Part shown: one piece after another, positions 1 to 10,262 of the stretch
Layout: each line of letters starts with the position of its first letter
How positions within the stretch are numbered: the first letter of the stretch is position 1
Source of the DNA: Bacteroidales bacterium
GTDB taxonomy: Bacteria; Bacteroidota; Bacteroidia; Bacteroidales; UBA1715
Direction of reading: 5' to 3'
Assembly (NCBI GenBank): GCA_036752345.1
Contig: DAIOSV010000001.1
Coordinates: 44,884-108,883 of the forward strand
DNA length: 64,000 bases
Notes under the pieces: model-generated
Databases searched by the model: none
What the model was told of the DNA's origin: nothing
Seen by the model: only the letters and a program-made list of their open reading frames with translations
Program-made: the position numbers and the translations under genes

Positions 1-126
1 TGTTATGCGTTGGTAGATAAGGATAGTGCCAACGAAGCACCGCTTTCGCATGCCATATTCTCTTCGTGCGACTTGTTGCGTCGCCGCGAGCAATATGCAG
101 AATTAACCAAAAACCAACTTAAGTAG
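1..126 (+). CDS. C-terminal fragment of an unidentified gene (5' end lies outside the window)
   Basis: Frame +1 is open from nt 1 to TAG at 124-126 (...LSHAIFSSCDLLRRREQYAELTKNQLK*) and ends 3 nt before the ruvA ATG. No motif recognised. Preferred over the antisense 62-aa track ORF 3..191. Confidence 0.3.
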   Translation, partial: CYALVDKDSANEAPLSHAIFSSCDLLRRREQYAELTKNQLK

Positions 127-129
127 AGT

Positions 130-711
130 ATGTTAGACACACTTACAGGGAATGTGCAAAAAGTAACCCCAACGTATGCGGTAGTAACCACAGCTGGTTT
201 AGGGTTTTATGTAAATATTTCGGTAAATACGTGCCAGAAACTTAAAGAACAAACCACGGTAACGCTCTTGCTTCACGAGATTATTCGCGAAGATACGTTT
301 GACCTCTATGGTTTTGTAGAAGAAGACGAACGAACCATGTTTCGTTTGCTGCTTTCCGTTTCGGGCATTGGTGCAAACACCGCCAGAGTAATACTTTCTA
401 AGTTAACTCCCGGTGAATTGGCCGGAGCCATACAAGCCGGCGATGTTGCCACTATTCAAAGCATTAAAGGCATTGGCGGCAAAACTGCACAACGCTTGTT
501 GCTTGAATTGAAAGATAAAGTAGGCTTTGCCGACGTCGATTCAAAAATTGTAGTGGGTCAAGGCAATACTCTGAAAAATGAATCGTTATATGCTTTGGTT
601 ATGCTTGGTTATCCGAAAAATGCTGCAGAAAAAGTAGTCGATTCGATTATGCAGGAATCGGTACAACGAACTGTAGAAGATATTGTAAAACTCGCATTAA
701 AACGCTTATAG
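130..711 (+). CDS. ruvA: Holliday junction DNA helicase subunit RuvA
   Basis: 193 aa with the RuvA layout: N-terminal OB-fold (LTGNV...GLGFYV), LYGF..ER..F motif, two helix-hairpin-helix motifs (VSGIGANTARVILS; IKGIGGKTAQRLLLELKDK) and a short C-terminal domain. Confidence 0.93.
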   Translation: MLDTLTGNVQKVTPTYAVVTTAGLGFYVNISVNTCQKLKEQTTVTLLLHEIIREDTFDLYGFVEEDERTMFRLLLSVSGIGANTARVILSKLTPGELAGAIQAGDVATIQSIKGIGGKTAQRLLLELKDKVGFADVDSKIVVGQGNTLKNESLYALVMLGYPKNAAEKVVDSIMQESVQRTVEDIVKLALKRL

Positions 712-732
712 ACCGCATTAGTATTTGGTAGA

Positions 733-3700
733 TTGAAGTCCGTTGCTCAAATATATTTAATCTGTGTGTTGGCACTATTGAGCGTTGCTCTAGCATCGGC
801 TATGGGCGTTTCACGAGCGTCTCTCTATACCGATATGAGCCGTCCGCAAGATACGTCAAAACTCCAATCTCCTTTGCCACGTGAGACAGGCAATACGTTC
901 AACGATGCCAAGAATAGTTCCAACGGTATCCGTTTACAAGAGTCTCCAAATACCGGCTACAAAGTAGACTACAATCCTGAAACTGACGAATACGAAGCTG
1001 CAAAAATGGTGGGCGACAATGCTGTTTCTCCTACGTATTCATTGCCTTCGTCTGATTATTTTAAACTGTCGGGAAAACAACGTTCACGCAGCTATTGGCG
1101 TACGCGCGCACAAGAAACGCGCACGGGAAGCACTTCGTCATACGAACCAAACTTTGACTTCTTGGGCGAAAATTCCGCACTTGCCGATCTTATTGACATT
1201 AAGCCACAAGGTGCTGCCGAATTGAACTTCGGACTCAAGTTTACCAACAACCACAATCCTCGTCTTTCAAAAAAACAACAACGCCAGCTCCAATTCGATT
1301 TCGACAATAAAATTCAGATGAGCGTAACCGGTTCCATCGGTGACCGTGTGTCTATGAAGATTAAATACGATACCGAGTCGCAGTTTGAGTTTGAACAAGA
1401 AATAAAACTCAAATACGAAGGCGACGAAGATGAGATAATCAAAAATATTGAAGTCGGAAACGTTACGTTCCCTCTTTCAAGTTCGCTCATCTCGGGAAGT
1501 TCCAGTTTGTTCGGTGTAAAAACCGATTTGCAATTTGGTAAATTGTTTTTGAGTGGCGTATTTTCTCGCCAACAAGGCGAAATGTCGTCAATTACCGTAC
1601 AGGGTAGGGCGCAAACTGAAGATTTTGAGATTCAGTCCGACGAATACGATAACAATAAACACTTCTTCCTTTCGCATTTCTTCCGCGATCACTATGAAGA
1701 ATCGTTGAAAAATTTGCCCGAAATCAACAGTGGCGTTCAAATTCGTAAAGTTGAGGTGTGGGTAACGCAAACATCGAGCGGTAAAGAAGATGCACGAAAC
1801 GTGTTAGCCTTAACCGATTTAGGAGATGAATACACCACCGGCATTGGCGGAGAAAAAGAATACGACGTGCCCGATAATGGCAAATTGTATAAGAAGATTA
1901 AAAACATATCAGGAATCAGAAGTATCAATACCATCTCTACTGCGCTTGGCACTGCGTATGAACAAGGTCCTGATTATGAAAAAATAGAACAAGCCGTATT
2001 GTTGAAACCAACAGAATACGATGTCAACACCAAGTTAGGTTACATTTCGTTGCGTTCGCCGGTGAGTGCTTCAAAGGTGCTTGCTGTAGCTTACGAATAC
2101 GAATACAAAGGAAAAGTATATCAAGTAGGTGAATTTTCCAATGATGGTGTTGAAGCTCCCGATGCTCTAATCGTAAAATTGCTCAAAGGCACCGAAGCAA
2201 ATCCTAACTATTCCAATTGGGATTTGATGATGAAAAACGTGTATGCGTTGGGGAGTTATCAAATCAGTAACGAAGATTTTGTACTTGATGTATTGTACCA
2301 AGACGACCGTACCGGTTCGCCTATTCCGTATTTGTCGGAAGGTGATTTGCAAGGAAAAAGTTTGTTGTCGGTATTGCAAATGGATAAATTATCGTCGGAC
2401 TTGCAACCATATTCCGATGGTTTGTTTGACTTTGTAGAAGGTGTAACGGTGAAAGCCTCTCGCGGACTTATCATTTTCCCTGTTTTGGAACCTTTTGGCT
2501 CTTCGTTGAGTAAGCAAATAGGTGACGATGCAATAGCATCAAAATATGTATATCAAGAGTTGTACGACTCAACACTCAGCGCCGCACGTCAAGTTGCTCA
2601 GAAAAATAAGTTCCTCATTAAAGGTTCCTATAAATCAAGCGTTTCGTCGGAAATTTCGTTGAACACCACACAAGTAAAGTCGGTAAAAGTTATGTGTGGC
2701 GGTCTTACGTTGGTTGAGGGTTCGGATTATACCGTTGATTATTCATCGGGAACGCTTACCATCATTAATCAAGGTATTTTGGAATCGGGATCAACTATCA
2801 ATATTAGCTACGAAAACGATCCCTTGTTTAGCACCACAACCAAAACATACATGGGAGCTCGTGCGGAATACCGTTACAGCGACAATATAACCTTTGGTGG
2901 TACTTTGATTCATTTGTCGGAAGTGCCGTCGGTGCGCAAAGTTGGCTTCGACGATTATCCTATTTGCAACAGTATTTGGGGTGTTGATGCAAAATATTCA
3001 ACCGAATCAATGTTTTTAACCAAAATGGTTGACAAGATTCCATTGATTGACACCAAGGAATTGTCGTACATAGAGGCTTCAGCTGAATTTGCTCAACTAT
3101 TACCAGGACAGTCAAAATTCATTTCCAATGCAATTTCCATTGATGACTTTGAAAGTTCAGAAGGACGAATTTATTTGCGCGAACCTACTTCGTGGCGCAT
3201 AGCAAGTACTCCGCAAGGGCAAAAGTCATTGTTCCCTGAAGCTTCGTTGATTAACGATGTTGCTTTCAATTACAATAAAGCTTTGATTTCGTGGTACAAT
3301 ATCAACACATCGTTCTACGAACGCAGTTCGCCGGTGAGCAAAGCAGTACAAGCAGAACCATTTTCACGTACGGTATATCAATCAAATTTGTTCCCCAATC
3401 GTGACTTGTCAACCTACGAAGATGTGCCAATGACCTTGTTAAACATTGCGTATTATCCAAGTGAACGAGGACAAAACAACTACGATACCAAAGGGCGAAA
3501 TGGAATTTCGGCCGGTTTGGCTCCCAACGGACGATTGAAAAACCCGGCTTCTCGTTGGGGTGGTATTATGCAGTCGCTTACAACTACTGACTTTGAAGCC
3601 AGCAATGTGGAATACATTGAATTTTGGATGATGGATCCGTTTATTACCGACGAACAACATTTGAATAAAGGTGGTGATTTCTACATCAACATTGGTCGTC

Positions 3701-6700
3701 TTTCGGAAGATGTGCTTCGCGATGGTCGTAAAGCCGCAGAAAACGGTATGGTTACAGATAAATCACGTTTGGACGAAACCGTTTGGGGACGCGTTCCGAA
3801 CTATTCTGTGGTTGAAACCGGTTTCAGTAGTGATATAGACCGTGAAGTTCAAGATATTGGTCTTGATGGTTTGTCAGACATGGCCGAACAACAGTTTTTT
3901 GCCCAATATTTGTCCGAAGTGAAAGAAATTGTTACTCCCGAAGTGTACGAAACATTCCATAAGGACCCGTCAAACGATGACTTTACGTCATATTTGGATA
4001 ATAGAGGTGAAGAGCATGACATTGTGTGGCGTTATAAATATTTCAATGGTACCGATGGTAATTCTCCTTCGCAAACCACACAAGGATTATCTTCATATAG
4101 GCCCGATGTTGAAGACTTGAACCAAGACAACACGTTGCAAGAACCGGAGGCGTACTATCAATATCACATCAGTTTGCGCCCCGAAGATATGGTAGTGGGT
4201 AAAAACTATATTGAAGATATTATAACCGAGGTTGTGAACAACGACAACTACCAAACGCAAGCCAATTGGTATCAGTTCAAAATACCTATCAATAGCGAAG
4301 ACAAAGAACGAATAGGAAACATATCTGATTTCCGCGACATTACTTCTATGCGTATGTTTCTTCGTAATTTCAACGATTCCATTGTGTTAAGAATCACAGA
4401 ATTGGCGTTGGTATATAGCAATTGGCGCCTGTTTGAGGAACCGTTGTTTGAATCTGGAGAATACGATTTGTTTTCCGATTCAAAAGTTGATATTTCTACC
4501 GTAAATATTGAAGAAAATAGTACCCGCACTCCTGTAAATTATGTGTTGCCACCCAATGTAAATCGTGTGATAGACCCAACAAGTACTACCTTACAAGAAT
4601 TGAACGAATCGGCATTGTCAATGAAAGTGGTTGATTTGGAAGACGGAAATTCAAAAGCTATTTATAAGCAAGTAAACAAAGACTTCCGACAATTTGGTAC
4701 GTTGGAAATGTTCGTACATGCCGAAGCATTAATCGACCAAGAAAATTCACTAGACGATGATGACTTGTATGCTTTTATTCGTTTGGGGTCGGATTATGTA
4801 GACAATTATTATGAATATGAAATACCTCTGAAACTCACACCACACGTTACTGGTGAAGGCTCGTTGTACAACAACAATAGTTTAAACGATCGCCAGATTG
4901 TATGGCCTGAGGATAATAAAATATCGCTTCCGTTTGAAGTTCTTACCAATTTGAAATTGGAACGCAACAAAATGATAAATGAAGGCATAATTTCTGATTT
5001 GGAGACCTATCACGTATATACCATTCCATACGGAAACAATAGAGTGAGCATAAAAGGAAATCCAAATATTGGTAATGTGCGAACTATCATGATAGGTGTG
5101 CGCAACCGCAAGAAGAAAACTTCAAATCCTGCAGACGATGGACTTAAGAAGTCCGGTATAGTGTGGTTCAACGAACTTCGTTTAACCGACATGAACGATC
5201 AGAGTGGTTGGGCTTCCATAGGTTCGTTGCGCACAAGTCTTGCCGATTTGGCAACAATATCGTTGGCAGGCAAAGTGAGCAAGCCGGGTTTTGGAAGCGT
5301 TGACCAAAAAGTGTTTGAACGCAGCACCGAAAATCTGTACCAATATGATGTGGCATCGAGCGTGGCATTGCATAAATTTTTCCCCGAATCGTGGAAGCTT
5401 GTAGTGCCGTTCTATGTGGATTTGTCTGAAACATACATTCGTCCAGAGTACGACCCAACCAATCCTGATATTACGTTGGATAGGTCATTGTCAAATTTAA
5501 TGACGCGCCACGAACGTGATTCATTGCTCGACATTACGCAAGAATTCACACAGAATTTTAGCTATAATTTTACCAATGTTAAAATAGCCAGAACGCCTAA
5601 AAAACAGCATCCGTTCAATATCTCCAATTTCTCAGGAACCTTTGCGTATAACCGATACCTTGCTCACGATGTTGATTATCAACTTGATTACAAACATGAA
5701 TATAGAGCAGCGTTTAATTATGCCTATAATATGCGCCCAAAGAACTTTCAACCATTTAAGTCGAATAGTATTGGGTTGATAAAGAATTTCAACTTCTATT
5801 TGTTACCGGCAAGCGTTTCATTTAAAAGCGAGTGGGATAGAATTTATAAAGAACAACAACGGAGAAATCTTTCGGCATATACCTTTGAATTGCCAAAGAC
5901 CGCAAGCAAACAATTCTATTGGTATAGAACCTACAGTGTGAATTACCCAATATCAAAAGGCTTGAAAATTTCATACGATGCAACAAATGATTCTCGTTTG
6001 AACGAGCCTGATGGTGTAATAGATAAGACCGATGAAGACACATGGCGCGAATATAAACGTCAGGTATGGAACAGCGCAAAAACGTTTGGCGAAAATATGG
6101 AGTTCCAACAAAAATGGAATTTGTTATGGCAAGTGCCTGTCAATATGATTCCTATACTTGATTGGACAACATTGAGTTACAAATATGCTGGTACGTACGA
6201 TTGGCAAATGGGAACAGAAACTACCGATGAGAACCTTGATTATGGAAACATTATAACAAATTCTGGAACGCATACTATTGATGGAACAATCAACTTTACC
6301 GGTTTGTATAACAAGTCGAAATATCTTTCGGATGTACAAAAACGAATGAAAGCAGCTTCTAATTCTAAATCGAAAAATACCAAGAAGAAAGAAACGGTTA
6401 AATACACCAAAACAAACTTTAAAACAAATTCGGAGAATACTGCTATAATCAATCATAAATTAGGTACAACCGATGTGCGTGTAACGGTTTTGGACCAAGA
6501 TGGCGAGCTTGTACCTACGCAACTCAAAGTTATTTCAGCTAAAAAAGTAGAAGTAACGTGCGAACGTCAAGTGGAAAAAGGAAAATTAACCATTACAGGA
6601 AAGAAAGATGTAGAGCAAACGCCGTTGATGGAAGCAACCGACAAGGTTGTAAACACATTGATGATGTTCAAAAATGCATCAATAACCTATACACAGGCCG

Positions 6701-8016
6701 AAGGAAGTTTGGTACCGGGATACAAATTCGATTCACAGATGTTTGGCTTGTATAAGCCGTTTACTTCTTCATCAAAACCAGGTTGGGGCTACGTTATGGG
6801 AATAGTGCCAAGCGACTTAGAATCGCATCTCACTACTGACGATTGGTTGGTCGATAACGACAATATCAGCGATAAATTACAACATGTATATTCCGAAAAA
6901 CTTCGTGTACAATCGTCACTAGAGCCGGTTAAAAACATGAAGATAACCTTGTCGGCTGAACGCAATTATTCCAAAGATTATACAAAATATTTGTGGGGCG
7001 ATGCGCAAGAAAACGAGCAAAATCGTATGACTTCAGGAAACTTTAGCTTGTCATGCAATACATTGGCTTCTACGTTCAATTCCGATAAGGCTTACGATCG
7101 TTTCAAGAAAAATCGTTTGACAATAGCACATCGTTTGGCTACTGAAAAATTAGGTCCAAACTACGAAACTAACGTCGAAAATGGTTTTCCTGCATTGTAC
7201 AACGAATTGTCTCAAGATGTGTTGATACCTGCATTTTTCTCTGCATACACCGGCGAATCAGTTAACAAGGTTGATGTGAATAATTACTTTATTCCAATGT
7301 TCTCAAGCTTCAATTCATTTTTGCGTTCGTTGAATTGGAGATTAACCTATAATGGATTGACCAAATTGCCATTCTTTAAGAAATATTTTAAGTCGGTTAA
7401 TATTAACCATGCGTACACATCAAACTACAACATGGGATCGTACGAAACATTCTCGTCGTCAAATATGTATGAAGATGATTTTTACATTGACCCGGTTGAT
7501 GGCTCGCTCTACGTTTCGCCCGAATACGATGTTTCAACCATCAGCATTTCTGAGCGATTGAATCCATTGATTGGTTTTGATTCAAAATTGAAAAATAATT
7601 TGACCGCAAAAGTTGAATTGCGTAGAAATAGAACGGTCACATTATCGTTTACCAACACCGAAATTTCCGAAGTATCTAACTTGGAATATGTAGTAGGTGC
7701 GGGATATGTGTTTGAAAATTTCAAATTAAACATTAACACAGCTGGCAAAACGCATCAGTTTGAAAACGATTTGACCGTTCGACTAGATTTTTCTATACGT
7801 GATAATCAAACAATTCGTCGTAATATTGCAGAAGATATTACAAGAAAAATATCAGGAACAAAATCGTATGCGTTGAAAACCTATGCTGAGTATATGTTGA
7901 GCGAGAGAATCACATTCCGACTTTATTTGGAATACACTATGAATCAGCCATTGACCAATGGATATAGAACGTCAACAACGAGTGGTGGTATCAATATGCG
8001 ATTCTCGTTAATGTAA
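733..8016 (+). CDS. sprA: T9SS outer-membrane translocon SprA/Sov
   Basis: 2427 aa. The TTG start is the first possible start, 21 nt after the ruvA stop. Signal peptide MKSVAQIYLICVLALLSVALASA. Size, Asn/Tyr/Ser-rich beta-strand composition and ruvA linkage match SprA of gliding Bacteroidota (about 2400 aa). All internal antisense ORFs are short. Confidence 0.9.
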   Translation: MKSVAQIYLICVLALLSVALASAMGVSRASLYTDMSRPQDTSKLQSPLPRETGNTFNDAKNSSNGIRLQESPNTGYKVDYNPETDEYEAAKMVGDNAVSPTYSLPSSDYFKLSGKQRSRSYWRTRAQETRTGSTSSYEPNFDFLGENSALADLIDIKPQGAAELNFGLKFTNNHNPRLSKKQQRQLQFDFDNKIQMSVTGSIGDRVSMKIKYDTESQFEFEQEIKLKYEGDEDEIIKNIEVGNVTFPLSSSLISGSSSLFGVKTDLQFGKLFLSGVFSRQQGEMSSITVQGRAQTEDFEIQSDEYDNNKHFFLSHFFRDHYEESLKNLPEINSGVQIRKVEVWVTQTSSGKEDARNVLALTDLGDEYTTGIGGEKEYDVPDNGKLYKKIKNISGIRSINTISTALGTAYEQGPDYEKIEQAVLLKPTEYDVNTKLGYISLRSPVSASKVLAVAYEYEYKGKVYQVGEFSNDGVEAPDALIVKLLKGTEANPNYSNWDLMMKNVYALGSYQISNEDFVLDVLYQDDRTGSPIPYLSEGDLQGKSLLSVLQMDKLSSDLQPYSDGLFDFVEGVTVKASRGLIIFPVLEPFGSSLSKQIGDDAIASKYVYQELYDSTLSAARQVAQKNKFLIKGSYKSSVSSEISLNTTQVKSVKVMCGGLTLVEGSDYTVDYSSGTLTIINQGILESGSTINISYENDPLFSTTTKTYMGARAEYRYSDNITFGGTLIHLSEVPSVRKVGFDDYPICNSIWGVDAKYSTESMFLTKMVDKIPLIDTKELSYIEASAEFAQLLPGQSKFISNAISIDDFESSEGRIYLREPTSWRIASTPQGQKSLFPEASLINDVAFNYNKALISWYNINTSFYERSSPVSKAVQAEPFSRTVYQSNLFPNRDLSTYEDVPMTLLNIAYYPSERGQNNYDTKGRNGISAGLAPNGRLKNPASRWGGIMQSLTTTDFEASNVEYIEFWMMDPFITDEQHLNKGGDFYINIGRLSEDVLRDGRKAAENGMVTDKSRLDETVWGRVPNYSVVETGFSSDIDREVQDIGLDGLSDMAEQQFFAQYLSEVKEIVTPEVYETFHKDPSNDDFTSYLDNRGEEHDIVWRYKYFNGTDGNSPSQTTQGLSSYRPDVEDLNQDNTLQEPEAYYQYHISLRPEDMVVGKNYIEDIITEVVNNDNYQTQANWYQFKIPINSEDKERIGNISDFRDITSMRMFLRNFNDSIVLRITELALVYSNWRLFEEPLFESGEYDLFSDSKVDISTVNIEENSTRTPVNYVLPPNVNRVIDPTSTTLQELNESALSMKVVDLEDGNSKAIYKQVNKDFRQFGTLEMFVHAEALIDQENSLDDDDLYAFIRLGSDYVDNYYEYEIPLKLTPHVTGEGSLYNNNSLNDRQIVWPEDNKISLPFEVLTNLKLERNKMINEGIISDLETYHVYTIPYGNNRVSIKGNPNIGNVRTIMIGVRNRKKKTSNPADDGLKKSGIVWFNELRLTDMNDQSGWASIGSLRTSLADLATISLAGKVSKPGFGSVDQKVFERSTENLYQYDVASSVALHKFFPESWKLVVPFYVDLSETYIRPEYDPTNPDITLDRSLSNLMTRHERDSLLDITQEFTQNFSYNFTNVKIARTPKKQHPFNISNFSGTFAYNRYLAHDVDYQLDYKHEYRAAFNYAYNMRPKNFQPFKSNSIGLIKNFNFYLLPASVSFKSEWDRIYKEQQRRNLSAYTFELPKTASKQFYWYRTYSVNYPISKGLKISYDATNDSRLNEPDGVIDKTDEDTWREYKRQVWNSAKTFGENMEFQQKWNLLWQVPVNMIPILDWTTLSYKYAGTYDWQMGTETTDENLDYGNIITNSGTHTIDGTINFTGLYNKSKYLSDVQKRMKAASNSKSKNTKKKETVKYTKTNFKTNSENTAIINHKLGTTDVRVTVLDQDGELVPTQLKVISAKKVEVTCERQVEKGKLTITGKKDVEQTPLMEATDKVVNTLMMFKNASITYTQAEGSLVPGYKFDSQMFGLYKPFTSSSKPGWGYVMGIVPSDLESHLTTDDWLVDNDNISDKLQHVYSEKLRVQSSLEPVKNMKITLSAERNYSKDYTKYLWGDAQENEQNRMTSGNFSLSCNTLASTFNSDKAYDRFKKNRLTIAHRLATEKLGPNYETNVENGFPALYNELSQDVLIPAFFSAYTGESVNKVDVNNYFIPMFSSFNSFLRSLNWRLTYNGLTKLPFFKKYFKSVNINHAYTSNYNMGSYETFSSSNMYEDDFYIDPVDGSLYVSPEYDVSTISISERLNPLIGFDSKLKNNLTAKVELRRNRTVTLSFTNTEISEVSNLEYVVGAGYVFENFKLNINTAGKTHQFENDLTVRLDFSIRDNQTIRRNIAEDITRKISGTKSYALKTYAEYMLSERITFRLYLEYTMNQPLTNGYRTSTTSGGINMRFSLM

Positions 8017-9893
8017 TGAAAATGAATAACGTGAATAGAAAACGAATTATACTTACTTTGGCCTGTCTCAATGCCTTTTGTGTCGTGGTCAATGCCGATG
8101 AAACGCCGAAAGATTCTACCAAAGCGGTACAGAAAGAAATATACCAGTGGTCGTACAATGCCACTCATACCAAACGTTTTCGAGAGAATATAGATACCTC
8201 ACAAACCTTTTTTTATCTGCATGAGCCCAATGGGAGCATTGCCGATTATTTGGTAGACGTGGCCGGCTATGGGTCACCTGCGTTTTCGTTGCTGTATCAA
8301 CCACGCGCCAATGAACCATTTTCGTTACGTGCCTATGAACATTCACTTGTCACCGTTCATGACATTCCAGAATACACCGTGCAACGTCCGTATTCTCAAC
8401 TCTATTATTCCGGAGGCCTTAACAGTGAGCAGTCCGGCCGATTTTTACATACCCAAAACATTAATAAATATTGTAATGTCGGTTTCAATTTGAATTTCTA
8501 TAGAAATATAGGCGAATATGAAAACCAAGGAATTGTAGGACAGCACGTTACTCCATGGATTACCTATTACGGTCCGCGATTTACTACCACATTCAAGTAT
8601 GCATACAATAACATTCGTCGTGGCGAAAATGGTGGAATTGCTGCCGATTCGTTATTGTATAACGAAAATTTATTGCGTATGAAATTCCCGAAAGCCGAGT
8701 CATCATTGCGTTATCAAGATGCTCAGTTTGTGCAAAAATGGAATCTCGGTCGTAAACCAAAAGAGGATAGCGCATCGTTAGAAATACCCCAGTACAAGAA
8801 CGCAATAGGCTATCGTCTTGATTATTATTCAGTGAAACGCAATTATTCTGACATTACTCCCGATACAAGTTTTTATACCAATGTCTTATATGATTCAACT
8901 GCAACGGCAGACACGTCAATCTATAAAAATATGTCGAATGCGTTGTTTTATGAATTTATCAGAAAAAACAATGCAGTGGAAGTCGTTGCAAATGTTGCAG
9001 TAGGATTAGAATATCAGTCGCTTATGTATCACGATTACAATTATTCTATTCCGGAATATCTAGAGAACAGCAAGTTTTATCAAGGAACCTTCGACGTTTC
9101 GTTGCCGTGGAATATTTCAGCGTCGCACAAGCACCGTTATGTCTTTGCTGGCGATGCTAAAAAAGATTTCACTATTGCAACAGAATTAGAGAAAGAATTC
9201 TTGATAGGTGAGCATGCTATTTCTATCAAAGCAGGACACGAATATGCCCACAAAGGCTCACACTGGTCATATTTGAACTATGAGACAAATAACTATGCGT
9301 GGCATAATGATTTTGCGGCAGAGAATAAAAATGACGTATATGCATTCGTTTCGTCGTCGTATGGTAATGTGTCGGCAGACATACATTATTATATGTTAAA
9401 AAATTATGTAGCGTTTGATAATACGGGCACGTTGAGCCAAACATCAAAGGCTGGAAATGCACTAACCGTAAATCTAAAGAAAACGACCAATTTCAAATAT
9501 ATGGTAATGCAAAATGGCGTGTTGTTTCAAGACGTAGCGATTGCAAATCAAGAATATCCGAATTGGGCAACCTATAACTCAGTTGCATTTCGTTGGACTA
9601 TGTACAAAAAATTGCTTCATTTTACTTTCGGAGGCGAGTTGTTGTATTATCCGTCATACAACGTTCCTACGTATGATGGCGCTATTGGTGATTTTATTCC
9701 TCAGTCGCAATATAATTATGGTGGATTTCCTTTAGTGAACGCATTTGCTACGGTTCGTTACAAACCGGTAAAAGTATTTGTGAAGTACTCAGGATTGTAT
9801 GCTTTGCTTAAAGGAGAAAACTACCCGATTGCAAGTTATCCACAAAGCAACGGAACTATTTCGTTCGGCCTTTCGTGGTTGTTTTATAATTAA
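8016..9893 (+). CDS. Outer-membrane beta-barrel protein of the 'putative porin' type, function unknown
   Basis: 625 aa. Its ATG overlaps the sprA TAA (TAATG at 8014-8018). Signal peptide ...LACLNAFCVVVNADE, alternating aromatic/polar strand pattern and an aromatic C-terminus (...GLSWLFYN). No PorP/SprF-type N-terminal motif seen. Confidence 0.8.
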   Translation: MKMNNVNRKRIILTLACLNAFCVVVNADETPKDSTKAVQKEIYQWSYNATHTKRFRENIDTSQTFFYLHEPNGSIADYLVDVAGYGSPAFSLLYQPRANEPFSLRAYEHSLVTVHDIPEYTVQRPYSQLYYSGGLNSEQSGRFLHTQNINKYCNVGFNLNFYRNIGEYENQGIVGQHVTPWITYYGPRFTTTFKYAYNNIRRGENGGIAADSLLYNENLLRMKFPKAESSLRYQDAQFVQKWNLGRKPKEDSASLEIPQYKNAIGYRLDYYSVKRNYSDITPDTSFYTNVLYDSTATADTSIYKNMSNALFYEFIRKNNAVEVVANVAVGLEYQSLMYHDYNYSIPEYLENSKFYQGTFDVSLPWNISASHKHRYVFAGDAKKDFTIATELEKEFLIGEHAISIKAGHEYAHKGSHWSYLNYETNNYAWHNDFAAENKNDVYAFVSSSYGNVSADIHYYMLKNYVAFDNTGTLSQTSKAGNALTVNLKKTTNFKYMVMQNGVLFQDVAIANQEYPNWATYNSVAFRWTMYKKLLHFTFGGELLYYPSYNVPTYDGAIGDFIPQSQYNYGGFPLVNAFATVRYKPVKVFVKYSGLYALLKGENYPIASYPQSNGTISFGLSWLFYN

Positions 9894-10088
9894 TGATAAT
9901 TCAAAAATCCCTTATTGAAGTTGCTTGCGATTGTCGGTAATTTGCCGATTCTCATGCAACGCTATTGCTAGGTATTCAACAATCTGCGGATTTTATTAAC
10001 AATCAAAAAGATTTTGCGCATAGAGCGATTACCATTTCCAAAAAAATGTATATTTGCATCACTGTTACGCTTTATTATTTAAATGAAT

Positions 10089-10131
10089 GGCGGCGAGAAG
10101 TATCAAAAACTTTTCCCGCCTTTTTTATTTT
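10089..10131 (+). terminator. Intrinsic terminator closing the ruvA-sprA-barrel transcription unit (possibly bidirectional)
   Basis: GGCGGCGAGAAG (10089-10100) pairs with CTTTTCCCGCC (10110-20) with one bulge and one mismatch, followed by TTTTTTATTTT. The T-tract overlaps the stop codon of the minus-strand 45-aa ORF. Confidence 0.55.
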
Positions 10132-10262
10132 CCCGTTTTTGGTTCGGTTGGTTTTGAGGTAGCAGGTTTCGAGGAAAGAAGACCTAATTTCTTCTTCCGC
10201 TCGTATTCTGCTTTCTTTTTGAGGTATTCCTCGTATTTGTTTTCTAAATAATTGTCAGCCAT
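10125..10262 (-). CDS. Small basic protein (45 aa), not in the ORF track
   Basis: MADNYLENKYEEYLKKKAEYERKKKLGLLSSKPATSKPTEPKTGK*. Its ATG overlaps the TAA of the upstream lipoprotein gene (TAATG on the minus strand at 10264-10260). Lys/Glu-rich helix followed by a Pro/Ser/Thr tail. Confidence 0.45.
   Translation of the reverse strand: MADNYLENKYEEYLKKKAEYERKKKLGLLSSKPATSKPTEPKTGK

Noticed and set aside
3-191. 62-aa minus-strand track ORF at the window start
   Set aside because: It is antisense to an open + frame that ends just before ruvA, and it overlaps the ruvA start. The sequence is low-complexity and hydrophobic with no motif.
709-735. ruvA and sprA share a reading frame, so TAG read-through could produce a RuvA-SprA fusion
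   Set aside because: A cytoplasmic helicase subunit fused to an outer-membrane translocon makes no biological sense. The sprA product has its own signal peptide right after the TTG. The shared frame is best treated as coincidence.
1019-7748. About 20 short track ORFs (60-110 aa) inside sprA on both strands
   Set aside because: All are embedded in the 7.3-kb sprA reading frame and have odd composition (Cys/Arg/His-rich). They are typical shadow ORFs.
10013-10131. Possible ~70-nt + strand sRNA (TATATTTG box at 10049-56 to the terminator at 10089-10131), antisense to the 3' end of the 45-aa ORF
   Set aside because: The only upstream TTTG (-33-like) is 32 nt from the -7 box, too far for the Bacteroides consensus spacing. 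The terminator is already explained by the sprA operon. There is no further support.
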